Source: Zootoca vivipara (lineage: Eukaryota). Taken from it: a stretch of DNA of 64,000 bases. The first letter of the stretch is position 1; each line of letters begins with the position of its first letter. Location of the stretch: NCBI RefSeq assembly GCF_963506605.1, contig NC_083288.1, positions 38,068,001 through 38,132,000 of the forward strand. Reading direction: 5' to 3'. The position numbers and the translations under genes were made by a program. Shown here piece after piece: positions 1 to 11,120 of the stretch. The notes beneath the pieces were generated by a model. The model had not been told where the DNA came from and did not search any database. It saw only the letters and a list, made by a program, of their open reading frames with translations.

Positions 1-960
1 GCGGCGGTGGAGAGGGCGCACGCGCAGTGAGCCGTGGGAGGGAGCCGGGAGAAAGCCGCATGCGCCGCGGACTGGACACGGGCCGAACGCCTTTCCGAAG
101 CCAAGGAACGGCCGCATGCGTAGAGCGGAGTCGAGACGTATCGTACGACTTGCGCCTTGGTAAGGGCGTTCTGGAGAGAGAGTTAACCGAGCATGAGCTG
201 TGAGGGAACAAGATGTTGCTGAATGAAACAAAGCGCATGTGCACTAATAAAAGGGAGCGGGCGATCGAGCCGAGTCGCTCGCGAGGGCCCTGCGTTCATT
301 GGGTTGCTGCGGCGTTGGTGGGCGGGACTGTGGCATTCCTTGACAATACGAAAAGAGTGCGAGCGGATGTCTGAAACCGGGCTTAGGGGCGAGGAAGACG
401 CGCCGGGCTTGGAGGAGGAGGGGCTTCAGGAAGGGCGAGGGCAAACAAGGAGGTCGGCGTTCTGGTTGGCTGAGAGGGGAAAAAGCTGTTCAATGAAAGG
501 AGTCAGATTGGGACGGCACATGCCCTCCGGCCAGTTTTGATTGGGACATACGGTAGAGGCGAAATGTGATTGGTAAGTTGGCGTTGGGGGCGGAGCTTTT
601 AGCGCTCAGCTGTTACTGGGGCAGGATTCCGAAAAAACAGGCGCGCGCGCGCATAGAAAACGGGGGTAGGGACGACAGCTGTTGAAGGGGAGGAATAAAG
701 GACGCTGTGGGCGACCGTTAAAAGCGTCACTGCACGGGCACAGAACTAGCGCGCGGGCACTCGCCCGAACCTCTCTGAAAGAGGGCGGGGTCAGGCTTCC
801 CTCTCGCTCGACGGAATGTTCAGGTGCCGCGCGGTCGTCTTAGGGTGACCTTTCCCTCGCCTTATATGGGAACAGCAGCACTTTGGCACCTGCGCAGTTG
901 GGACCAAGGCGAGATATAACCGCCCTTTCTCAAGGGGTTGGCGGCGGAATAAATCGTACG
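1..960. promoter_or_regulatory. CpG-island promoter, probably of the next minus-strand gene leaving the window (TAOK2 by synteny)
   Basis: Dense CpG, NRF1-like GCGCATGCGC-type motifs (~56-65, ~113-121), three ATTGG (CCAAT) boxes at ~507-573, GC box GGGGCGGAG ~587. No coding exon is in the window, so the gene identity is inferred from the human order TMEM219-TAOK2. Confidence 0.7.
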
Positions 961-1974
961 CCCTTTTGGCCGTTAATATAAAACTCCCCTAATTAAGCAA
1001 AAATGAAAAGGCGGCAAAATAGAAACACTCCAGAAAATCTTCACAAAATCGATAGGCTCTACCTACTTTGGAACAACCCCCTCCCCACAATGTCACGTGA
1101 TTTGGCCTCGCTTGTTGACTCCGCGGATGCTAATGCAGCACAGCCAGTACATTGTTAAGCCTGGTGACGTCTCGGACACTGATTGGCTGGGCTGGTGCAT
1201 TGGCTGGGCCAGTTCAGGCAGATCGTGGTCCACTTTCTGTGAGGAAAAGAGGGTTGGTTGGTTGGGAGGGATTAAAACATCGCAGGGGAATGATTGAGGA
1301 TTGTGATGGCCCTGAGAGGAGGTAGAGAAGCTACCGGTAATAGACAGGCAGCCCCAAGGCAAGGAAGCTGAATGAAGGGGCAGAGTGGAGAATCTGGCTT
1401 CTTTTTTCAATGCAGATTTTTTATTAAAAAAATGCAGATTTTAATATATTGTTACAAAAGCAGTGGCCAGAGCATTTGGTGCCAAAGGCACACACACAGG
1501 GTCTGTGTCCCTCTGGAGAACAGAAGACTTGGTGGAGAATGTCGTGCTTTCAGAAATAGGGTTTATTCGCCTATTTACATCTTTCAGTCTGCATGAAGGG
1601 AGTCCAGATCTTATAGCATGGTCCACAGCAGTGCAGCAGACCCTTTGGTCTCCCTCTTCCAAGATGGATCTCAACCTTGCTTCCTCCTCCTTCCTGCCAC
1701 CCCCCCCAAAAGTTCAGTAACACCATGTACGGTATTCGTTTTTTGATTAAAATATTGTAAGTCGCTTTGTGTTCCCATAGCAAAAACAACAACTAGTTGA
1801 TTTAATAAATAAGAAAAAGGAGAAGGGGGAACCTGGAGGTAGGGTAGAAAGACATGAAAGGGCAACAAGGCTAAAATACATCTCAAAAGGAATTTCAAAG
1901 CATTTAAGATGTGTAGAATTTTATGTGGCAGATGGAAGGAGAAATAGGGAGAGTGGTATCTAACCCCGGTGTGA

Positions 1975-2905
1975 TTGGCTAAGATTTATAAGGGAAACAA
2001 CAACACCTGCTGGAGGTGCAAGGAAGAGATCGGAACATTTATACACATTTGGTGGAGGTGTAAAAAAATAAGAAATTTTTGGGATGAAGTATATAAGGAG
2101 TTAAAAAAGATAGTTAAAATTTCATTTAAAAAAGAACCAGAGATTTTTCTCCTGAGCATGTTAAATGAAGAAATCAAGGCAAAGGATAGGTGTATGGTAA
2201 TGTACAGTACTATAGCCACCAGAGTTCTAATCGCACAAAATTGGAAAAGTGATAAAATTCCAAATATAAAAGATTGGCAGATGAAATTAGTGGGATATAA
2301 GAATTTGGCTATAAAAAATGGGATTTCAAAAGGATTGGGTAGGGAAAAAGCGGGAAAAGATTGGGAATCTTTTGAATCGTATTTTAAAAGTAGGGTAGGA
2401 TAAGCGAATCTTGTGGCAAGAGATATGAAGGACAAGGAAAGCAAAGAAAAGGAAAAAATTGAATTAAGTATGCATCAGACGAAAGAATTATAATCAATAT
2501 ATAAGAATGACTGGAAGTCAACAGGGATGGGGGGTAGGGGTAGGGAAATCTAGCTTCTCTTTTAATAGTATAAATGGTAAAAGTGGTTAAGATCAGAACT
2601 TGGAAAGAATAGTTGGTAAAGCATGAATGATGGTTTGAATGAAGATTTGATTTTTACTATTATTTGTCTTCATTATGAGTTTTCTCCTGATGATTAGGAA
2701 TTCTTTATGATAGTTTTGTTACAAGTATTATTTGGATACATGATTATTATTGTTTTATTTATGTTTTTGCCTTTGGTAATCTGTTTTTTTCCCTTCAGTT
2801 TTATATTATTTATATTTCGGTTTGGTTTTGTATGCCTATATTTTCTTTTCAGTATGTTTGTGTGTGTACTGTCAAAATAATTCTAAATAAAGTTTGTTTG
2901 TTTTT
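1975..2905 (+). mobile_element. 5'-truncated L1/Tx1-clade LINE 3' end (ORF2 C-terminus plus 3' UTR)
   Basis: ORF 1975-2403 contains the zf-RVT-like motif CWRCKEEIGTFIHIWWRC and ends ...KDWESFESYF. It is followed by an AT-rich UTR with AATAAA near 2886. Confidence 0.8.
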
Positions 2906-2945
2906 TTAAAAAGAGAGAGAGAAAAATAGGGAGAGTGATCTAGAA

Positions 2946-3277
2946 CAGTGGTTTCCAAACTTCACATCCGTGGTCCACTTGAAAACTGCTTAGCATCTTG
3001 GGGGACCACTTAATGGTTTTTCTGCCTGTTTAGCAACTGTAATACACTGTGCATTACAATTTTATAGAATTCAAACGGTAATACAATACAATACACAACA
3101 AACAGAAGAAATACAATTAAAATCATTTTGAGTATTTAATGCAATGGATATACCACCTCTTGTCTTCAGTAGCCACAGATCATGTCATGGATCACCTGAA
3201 TGAAATGTGTGTGTCCTGTGAAGTGCAGGACTGAATGAAATGTGTGTGTCCTGTGAAGTGCAGTTTGGGAACCCCTG
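2946..3277. mobile_element. Non-autonomous hAT element (MITE)
   Basis: Imperfect TIRs CAGTGGTTTCCAAAC / GTTTGGGAACCCCTG. Exact 8-bp TSD ATCTAGAA (2938-2945, 3278-3285). Internal ~35-bp tandem duplication at ~3197-3263. Confidence 0.8.
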
Positions 3278-3419
3278 ATCTAGAAACATGGTGGAGAAAG
3301 GAAGGGGAACAAAGTAGGCAGTGACCTGACAAACAGTGGCCTGAGGAAGCAATGAGTGGTAGGGTCATGGAGTTGGAAAAGGAGGGTTAGAGACAGGAGG
3401 GTCTGGGTACTTTACACAG

Positions 3420-3740
3420 GAAGAAGAAGAAGAAGAAGAAGAAGAAGAAGAAGAAGAAGAAGAAGAAGAAGAAGAAGAAGAAGAAGAAGAAGAAGAAGAA
3501 GAGTTGGAATTCGATATCCCGCTTTATCACTACCTGAAGGAGTCTCAAAGTGGCTAACATTCTCCTTTCCCTTCCTCCCCCACTACCAACACTCTGTGAG
3601 GTGAGTGGGGCTGAGAGACTTCAGAGAAGTGTGACTAGCTCAATGTCACCCAGCAGCTGCATGTGGAGGAGTAGAGACACGAACCCAGTTCCCCAGATTA
3701 CGAGTCTACCGCTCTTAACCACTACACCACACTGGCTCTC
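3420..3740 (-). mobile_element. tRNA-derived squamate SINE (Squam3-like) with an expanded (CTT)n tail
   Basis: Reverse complement of the element at 60200-60440, with tRNA-like head GAGAGCCAGTGTGGTGTAGTGGTTAAGAG. The tail appears as a (GAA)n microsatellite at 3420-3502. Confidence 0.8.
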
Positions 3741-4699
3741 AACCCAAGGAGGAATTGTGCTATGTGAGGCCAGAGACATTCTACCAGTTATGGTTTCTGC
3801 CGTCACTGCAGCACTGTGAGCCCGGCAAGCAGGGGGATAGGACACAAAGACTCAGAAGCAGCAGAGGTGGTGTGACTGAATTTCACACCTTAATTTTAAA
3901 TGGCTGGCCAAATTTTGGTTCAGGCACCTGTTAACTGATTGTCCTATTTGGTAGTGCAGTTTGGCTGAAACCTGGGTTGAGTTACCTATCAGTAACCCAT
4001 AAGTTGGAAACAATGGCATGAAAATTGTGGTTTTATGTAGAAAAGGATGGCATCTCGTGATCCCTTTAACATTAATGAGAGATTACTGTCCTGATAGAAA
4101 GGAATGCCCTGGAAGATCCCTTCCTTTCCAATGGGTGACTCATGTAAAGAGTTAAGGCGTACCCAGCACTCCGCTAGCATCGCTGTGCCATGATCACTTC
4201 TCTGCCAAAGGCGGGGAGTTAAAGTTGAATGCTTCAGGCTCAAAGGAATGAGGCCTGTAAGCCACCTCCAGTTAGGAAGTAGGATGCAAAATTGCACACA
4301 TTTTAGACCCTCCTCCACCTTACATTAGGGAGGTAGTTATGAACAAGGATCTTCTCCCTCTAACCCTGACTCACCAAAGTCCTTGCCTGTGAATCTTCTG
4401 AACTTTTGATGTAAGATGTATTTATTAAAACTGTCTTCATGAGACAGAGATAAGGTAAGTCTTTGGGATTGGGTAGGCTATATGTCAGCTTCAGATGCTC
4501 TGCTCTTGAACCTTGGGTGGGTATTTGAGATAAAACCTCAGTGATCTGCTGGGCTGCTTTCCTTTTCACCTTCAAGCAGTCGTAGAAGACTAGTGAGTTT
4601 TTAATATTTCTATTCTATTTACTGCTCTCTGCTTTTAATCTGACAGTTGGTTTTAAACCGTCTGCTTTTATTGTGATTCTGGTAAGTTTTGTTGTAGAG

Positions 4700-4837
4700 C
4701 AGACATCCCCAAACTGCGACCCTCCAGATGTTTTGGCCTACAACTCCCATGATCCCTAGCTAACAGGACCAGTGGTCAGGGATGATGGGAATTGTAGTCC
4801 AAAACATCTGGGGGGGGGCGAAGTTTGCGGGTGCCTG
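4700..4837. mobile_element. Palindromic ~135-bp hAT MITE (CAGGCATCCCCAAACT family)
   Basis: Long TIRs and exact 8-bp TSD TTGTAGAG. Further copies at 20529, 25296, 47097, 54613 and 60560. Confidence 0.85.
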
Positions 4838-5174
4838 TTGTAGAGTCTTGTCTAACTTTATCATTTAAAAAAAGTAAGGTGTTTTGTGCATCTTTTGATT
4901 AAAAAGTGGGAAATAAATGCATAAAACACAAGCAATAAACAAGCAAACCATGACACAACTCACACCAGCAGGAAATAACATTGTTTCTTATGATCACATT
5001 CCCTGACCCCATTGATCAATGAGACTTTGTTATATACTGGTTTTTTATTTTAATTCATTTATTTTAAAAAAATGAAATTATGTTAACCTGTAGCCAAAGC
5101 TCCTAATTCTAACAATATTTACTGGCAAAGGCATGGTAATCCCATTTAGGATAATGCTACGGTAGTCTCTAACC

Positions 5175-5816
5175 CAGTGATGGCGAACCTATGACACGCG
5201 TGTCAGACGTGACACACAGAGCCCTCACTGCTGGCACACGCCCCATCGGGCCATTCACACAGTTGTTGTTTTCCCCCCATTTGTTCTCCCGCTCCTCCTC
5301 ACGCTACAGCTTGTCACCGCTGTTAAAACCCTTTGGCAGACGATGATTGGGTGTAACAGCGTTCATTTTTTAACCCGTTCTGTGCTGGTTTTTTTTGGCG
5401 CTTTGGCAGACTATGTTGGTGCTGTGTGTTAGTTGCAGTGAAGGTATTATTCATCATTTATTGCTGTTCTCTCTCCCCCCCCCCAAAAGGCACAGCAGCT
5501 TTGGGGCATCTCCCCCAAAAGAAAACAACCTTTGCATCCCCCCCAAAAACCTCCAAAACTTTGGTCAGCAGCTCCCCCCAAAAAGCTCAACAACTCTGGG
5601 CACTTTGAGATAAATAAGGGGTTTTTTTTGTTTGGTTTGGTTTGGTTAAATAATTAGTTTTTGGTTTATTAAATACAGTTATATATTACAATTATACATT
5701 TTTGTTATTTAAACTATAAATATCGCGAAATTATGGTTTTTTTCTCGGAAGTGACACACCACACCATTTTTTTGGTGAATTTTGACACACCAAGCTCAAA
5801 AGGTTGTCCATCACTG
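5175..5816. mobile_element. Non-autonomous hAT element
   Basis: TIRs CAGTGATGGCGAACCT / AGGTTGTCCATCACTG. Exact 8-bp TSD CTCTAACC (5167-5174, 5817-5824). Confidence 0.88.
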
Positions 5817-6161
5817 CTCTAACCTAATAAACCACATGTGAACCTCCTCCAGTAACTACCTGAGAAATACTTCATGATTCAATTTGTGCCACTGGTAGAG
5901 CCACTTACAGTACAAAAAACAAATAGGCCTATCATTTGTATGTTATTTATTGCACCATCTGCTCTCATAGGGTCACCCCACAGTGAACCAAGATAGCAGT
6001 TAAACTCTTATTCACAGCTCAGCCGTCACAACAGCACATGGGCTAACTTCAGATCTGAAATATGGTGAGCGTTGCATGATCCAGGTGCTTGGAGAAAGCA
6101 GAGCAAATGGGCAGGCTACGTGGCTTCGCTGCAATATAGATCTGGCATTTGCTGGACCTGC

Positions 6162-8003
6162 TTAGATTTGCCCCCACTTGTCTCTGGGGTTAGGATAGCA
6201 CAGGCCAGCTGCACAACATAGCATGGCACAGAGGCAGAGAAGGAAAGCACTGGTCATCAGGAGCCGCTGGCTGCAGAGGGCACGATCCGCCTGAGAGTGA
6301 AAGGAGTGCAACAATGAATGCTCCTCCCCTTATAATCCAACTTGCATCCTGAAGAAACCCAGAATCCCCAGGTCCAGATACTGTCACTGCCCACATTCAT
6401 CTTACCTGATCCAGCATGCTGGACAGGGCAGGATTAGCCTGGTAATGTGGCTGGTAACAAATTCCTGTCTCTTCTTGATGCATGTCCCATTCCTCTATCA
6501 CACATTTAGGTGGCTGTCTGGGGACAAGATGGGTGTATTGCATTAATGGGTTAAGAACTCCTTGAAACTAAATCTCTTGGCTCACCTGGTCTTGGGGAGA
6601 AGGGATGAAGGTGCAGTGATGCTAAGGCAGTTCTCATGGGAGACTGAGTTCGTGATGATAGTCAGGAAGTGGATTGATTCCTGGGCATCTGGACCTGTGG
6701 TCGGAGTTGATGGGAGGAAAGGTCAAGGGGAGATGGACACGGAACTAGAGTTCCAGAAATCTTTGGGAGGATGTTGCAATTGGTCACGAGTGAGAAATCA
6801 CTCACCTTTCAGACCCAGTTTTTCCCCAGTGACTGTCAGACCTAGGCGTGTACCATTGGGAGGATCTGTGCCGTTGTGGAGGTCAAAGGTCAAGCCAACC
6901 ATGACAGAGACTGCTGTAGGGGTCTCAGCAGTGGTTGTGGAGGGAGTTGGTGTCAAGGCACTTTCCTGCGTCTTATTTGGGATACAGAACATTAAGTGTG
7001 CCAGAGACTTTAGCAGAGAATTCCAGTCCTTAGAGATGAGGGAGGGAAAAGGAATGAGAATTGACTCTTAGTTGATTCTATTCTCTTAATTGCAATTTTT
7101 TACATTTCCTTCTGCCTTTAAAGTACCTTTCTAATTTCACCCAGTCTTGCCACTAAAAATTCCCTTTTGCTCTTAACAGCTAGAAAATTGAAAGATGGCA
7201 ACTTTATTTAAAAAGTACCATAAAACCTCTCAGAACACCTGGATATTTGAATATTTCAGATATAGCTGCACCTACTAATTTAAAATTTTGCATTGTTGAA
7301 GATCCTTTTCTTTTGCTCCCCACTTCTTCTGATAGTAACCATTTGGGACTGTCTTTTCAAGGGCAGTTTCTTATAGCGTATTTGTAAAAGCCAACAACAC
7401 CCAACCCTTCTGTAATTCCTGAATGTTTAGCTTGGGTCATTAAGGTAGGATAACAGCAGCCAACACAGGCAACACTATTTTTGAGAGCAAATCAATGCAG
7501 CTGTTCAAATTCAGGTAAATCTCTCAAGTCTATTAGAAAATGGAAATAAATAAAAACAATTGCCAAAAGATAAATCACACAAGTCTGCCTCTGCAATGAA
7601 CACCCGACATACCCAAGTCAGCCAAGAATTGTTAGGGAAATTCTTTGCATTCCATCTGAGAAGATACCCAACCATCCTGAAAGTTCAGTTGCCGAGCCTA
7701 AACAGTTAGTAAGAGACCAAGGAGAAGGTAGAGCACCCACCACTGCCTCCTAAAGTCTCTCATGCGTCCTTTACAACCACAACCCAATTCCATCCCCAGC
7801 ATTTTGGTCTGATTTTCTACTTAAGGTGATCATCTCTAGCTCACCTCTTTGACATCAGGATTCTGAACATCATGTGACTGGATGTAGGCAGCAAAACCAA
7901 CAAAGGCAACAGCCAACGAAAGGAGGCAAAAGAAGAAGGTGACCAGAGGTGGGTGTCGCTCCAGGCAGACACGCAGGGAGCCCAGCAGGGAGCAGATGAC
8001 CAT
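6162..8003 (-). CDS. TMEM219: Transmembrane protein 219 (IGFBP-3 receptor; TMEM219/TMEM248 family), 243 aa
   Basis: Coding exons 8003-7845, 7028-6806, 6694-6586, 6517-6406 and 6290-6162, all GT-AG with consistent phases (732 nt). Translation MVICSLLGSLRVCLERHPPLVTFFFCLLSLAVAF...NPDVKEDWNSLLKSL...GEKLGLKG...QPPKC...DRALCSQRLLMTSAFLLCLCAMLCC...YPNPRDKWGQI matches the TMEM219 pattern (HPPLV TM1, DW, GLKG, QPP, C-terminal TM). AATAAA at 5951-5946. Neighbours fit 16p11.2 synteny. Confidence 0.9.
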
Positions 8004-10694
8004 GGTCAACCCTAAGAATGAGGGTAAGAAGGTGTCATCCCAGCACTAGAAGAACCTGAAACTTCTGCTGGAACAGCCAGAATCAAAGGGAAACGAAAAG
8101 GCTGGCAATGTGCTACCTATTACCCTTTGCACTTTGTGTGGTATAACCATAAGCTTTACTTTATTAAATAAATTTTAAAAAGTCAAATCGTGTCCCAGAA
8201 ATGTGAATGGAAATAACACCAAAATATATTCATTCAATCTCATAATTGCTCAGTGATTATTTAAATATTTAGCGTGCATGCGGTCTGGTTGTCTAAAGGG
8301 ACTAAACTTGCTGAAAAGAAAGTGGGAATTGGTGTGCCTAAGATTGCCCCTGCCTCAAGATCGCCATGTAAATGGAAAGATGATGTACTGCAACTTCGTA
8401 TTCATTTTTTATGTGCTTTCCAAAAATACCTGAAGACATTTTGTTTCAACAAACATTTCCATTTGGATGAAAAGCTCTCCATCTTGTATTGCTTTTAAAA
8501 GTATGTTATTGTAATTCAGATTGAGACATGTGAAAGGCAATTCAAAAATTAATAAAATGAATATATTCAGACTGTGGGGTGTTTTTAGACAAGTAACCAC
8601 TTGACGAAGTTAGCAGTCACTAGATTCTTGATCATCGCAACTGGCTGGATGACTCTGCTTGTATGAAAGAACGTCACATTCAAGGAGATACAGGTAAGGT
8701 TTTCCTACTTGACAGGTTTCCCTACTTCTCTATATTTCTGATGAAGGTGGCAAATTTCAACACAATTAAGTTGGAAAGAAAGAGCTGGAATTATAGGTGA
8801 AAGTTGGATATTTGCAACCCAGAGTTGCTTCATTTGCTCCACCCAACATGGGAATCTCATCATTGCCAAGTCTTCTCGCAGTGTGATGTTATTTGTTGGG
8901 GATGAGGAAGGGGGAAAACTTTATAAGGAGCTTATTTTTTAACAATCTCTGTCAAATCTTAAAGTATAATGTGCCACGTGATGTACTGTTGTTGATCACA
9001 TTGTTTTTCCTTTGTTTAAAGTTTTTTTTTTAAAAAAAGTATATGGGGGTGCTGATCTTCGTGTGTGCCCTCAAAATTCACCAAAAGAGAGAACCCCTCA
9101 CAAAATGAATAAGCAACATAAACTGTGGGAAACGGAAGACTACATTTGATTTCTTAAGTTTTGTTCCATTCCTTTGTTACATAAGGCTTCACTCCTTTTG
9201 AGTCTTCTGGTCTTGTGAGACAGTTTCTCCCCATATTTCTTAAGAATTGCATGTGAATGTGTAGTTTCATGGTAGACTTGTTTTGTGCTGTATATCCCAC
9301 AAATGTTGGTGTGTTTACATCACACAAGCAACTTGCTAGCAGTTACTGCAGCGAACTGCTAGCAAGATCATTGTGCAGCACGTGATCTCCTGGTCCCTTC
9401 GCTGCTGGGAATGTCAGTTGCAAGGAATTGTATGTGAGGACAGGGCTGTTGTGCTCAGACCCTGCTTGTAGACTTCCAATAGGCATTTTGGCTGACCACT
9501 ATGAGAACTGGATGGGCCATTGGCCTGATCTAGCAGACCCTTCAAACATTCCTAACAAACAGTTTAGCCCTTGGCTCTGCCCACGCGATCATCATGAGCT
9601 CTTTTTAAGTCCACTAATGGCTTCCTGCCACTGCAAGATGTGGTGATGGGCACAAGCATAGATGGAATAAACACACACTTTCATGGAGAATGAACGTGTT
9701 CTGCTATTAATCATGACAAATGGAACCTGCAACAAAAAGTTGTAGTATAGAGGCCCCTATTTGGAATTCCTGCCAGCCAGCCATGCCCTTTCCCTGCATA
9801 TTCCATTTTCCCTCCTCCCGCTTGTCCATTCCTCCCTCAATTCAACAGAGAGTCAATATTCTATAGCCATTGAGTATGTTTAGTTCTTCCTGAATAACTC
9901 TTCCATGTGCACTCATCATGCACTTTTAGCTACACAAGGATCCACACTTGGGAGAATGAATTTGCTATTAGTGTAAGGGAAGGCTACATACAACCTCCAA
10001 ACTTAAGAGGTAGCATGCCTGCTAATACTGTCACTAGGGAGTAATAACAGGTGACAGCTATTGCTTCTATGCCTGTTTATGAGCTTCCCAGAAGCATAGA
10101 GTTTACCACTGTGGGAAAGGGGATACTAAACTAGATGGACCTTTGGCCTGGTTCAGCAAAGCTGTTGTTATGATCTCCAACACTGAAAGTTCTGCTAATG
10201 CCATTTTGCCTGGTTATCCTCACAACCAACTTCTCCAACACCCTCCTAAGTGTCCCAACGTAACTGCTAAATACAGAACAATCGACTTACACACTTTCAA
10301 AAGTAGAGTGCTGGACAACTGAGGGACACTTGGTACTTTTTGATTTCCCACATCCCACTATGATCCACATAGCAGCCACCATGTCCTCAAAGAGCTAAGA
10401 CAATCTGTATGTTGCATCCTTCCCCCCACCCCACTGTTTCATATCCATCCCCCATCATCTTTCTTCTAAATTGCAGATTAAATAAAGAGGCAATGGTTTG
10501 AGGAGAGTTTAAGGCTGCCTAGAAGCCCTGGTCTTAGATATGTATTCCTTGATTGAGTGTTTGTGGTGGTGCTGGGGGGGAGGGATAGTTGTGGTTTTTC
10601 TGGATTGCTTCCTACATTACACAACACACCACACAGGCAAGTCCTCTGTAAGAAACAACACAGTAAGCACATAAAGATTATCATATGTGGCAAG

Positions 10695-11086
10695 TGTGGG
10701 TAAATGCCAGGATCTGTCCAGGTCTTCTTAGGCCCCTATGCCTGGGCAGGACGTCTGGAACACCTTCAGCATACACCCGGGAATCATGGACTCATAACTG
10801 GGCTTTATGAGCACCAAATCAGCAGTGAACAGCAGAAGCATTTGTAGAGGTTTCAAAACATTCCTCATTTATTTCTATTAACTACTGCATATTTACAGAT
10901 CTGGCTTTGTGAGTGTTACAGCCTCTCACTTAGCCATCTTGTCTACAGAAGATATTAAACTGCACACAGCACACAGCAGAGAGCAGAGTCAGGAATGAAA
11001 AACAACAAAGTAACAATTCCTAACTGTTCCCTCCCAACAGCAGATATCACCAGATTTTCAGAATGGGAGGGGTGAAAATGCTCACA
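10695..11086 (-). repeat. 3' LTR of the Copia element
   Basis: 392 bp, TG...CA ends, near-identical to 15437-15828. AATAAA on the minus strand at 10873-10868. Confidence 0.97.
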
Positions 11087-11120
11087 ACCTCCCCCTTTTC
11101 ATTCTGACCATTATGAAAAT

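Noticed and set aside
3356-3604. Poly-Arg ORF
   Set aside because: Translation of the (GAA)n SINE tail microsatellite.
8624-8693. Plus-strand exon-like segment (TAG|...CAG|GTAAGG) antisense to TMEM219
   Set aside because: An isolated splice-site pair with no recognisable peptide or partner exons.
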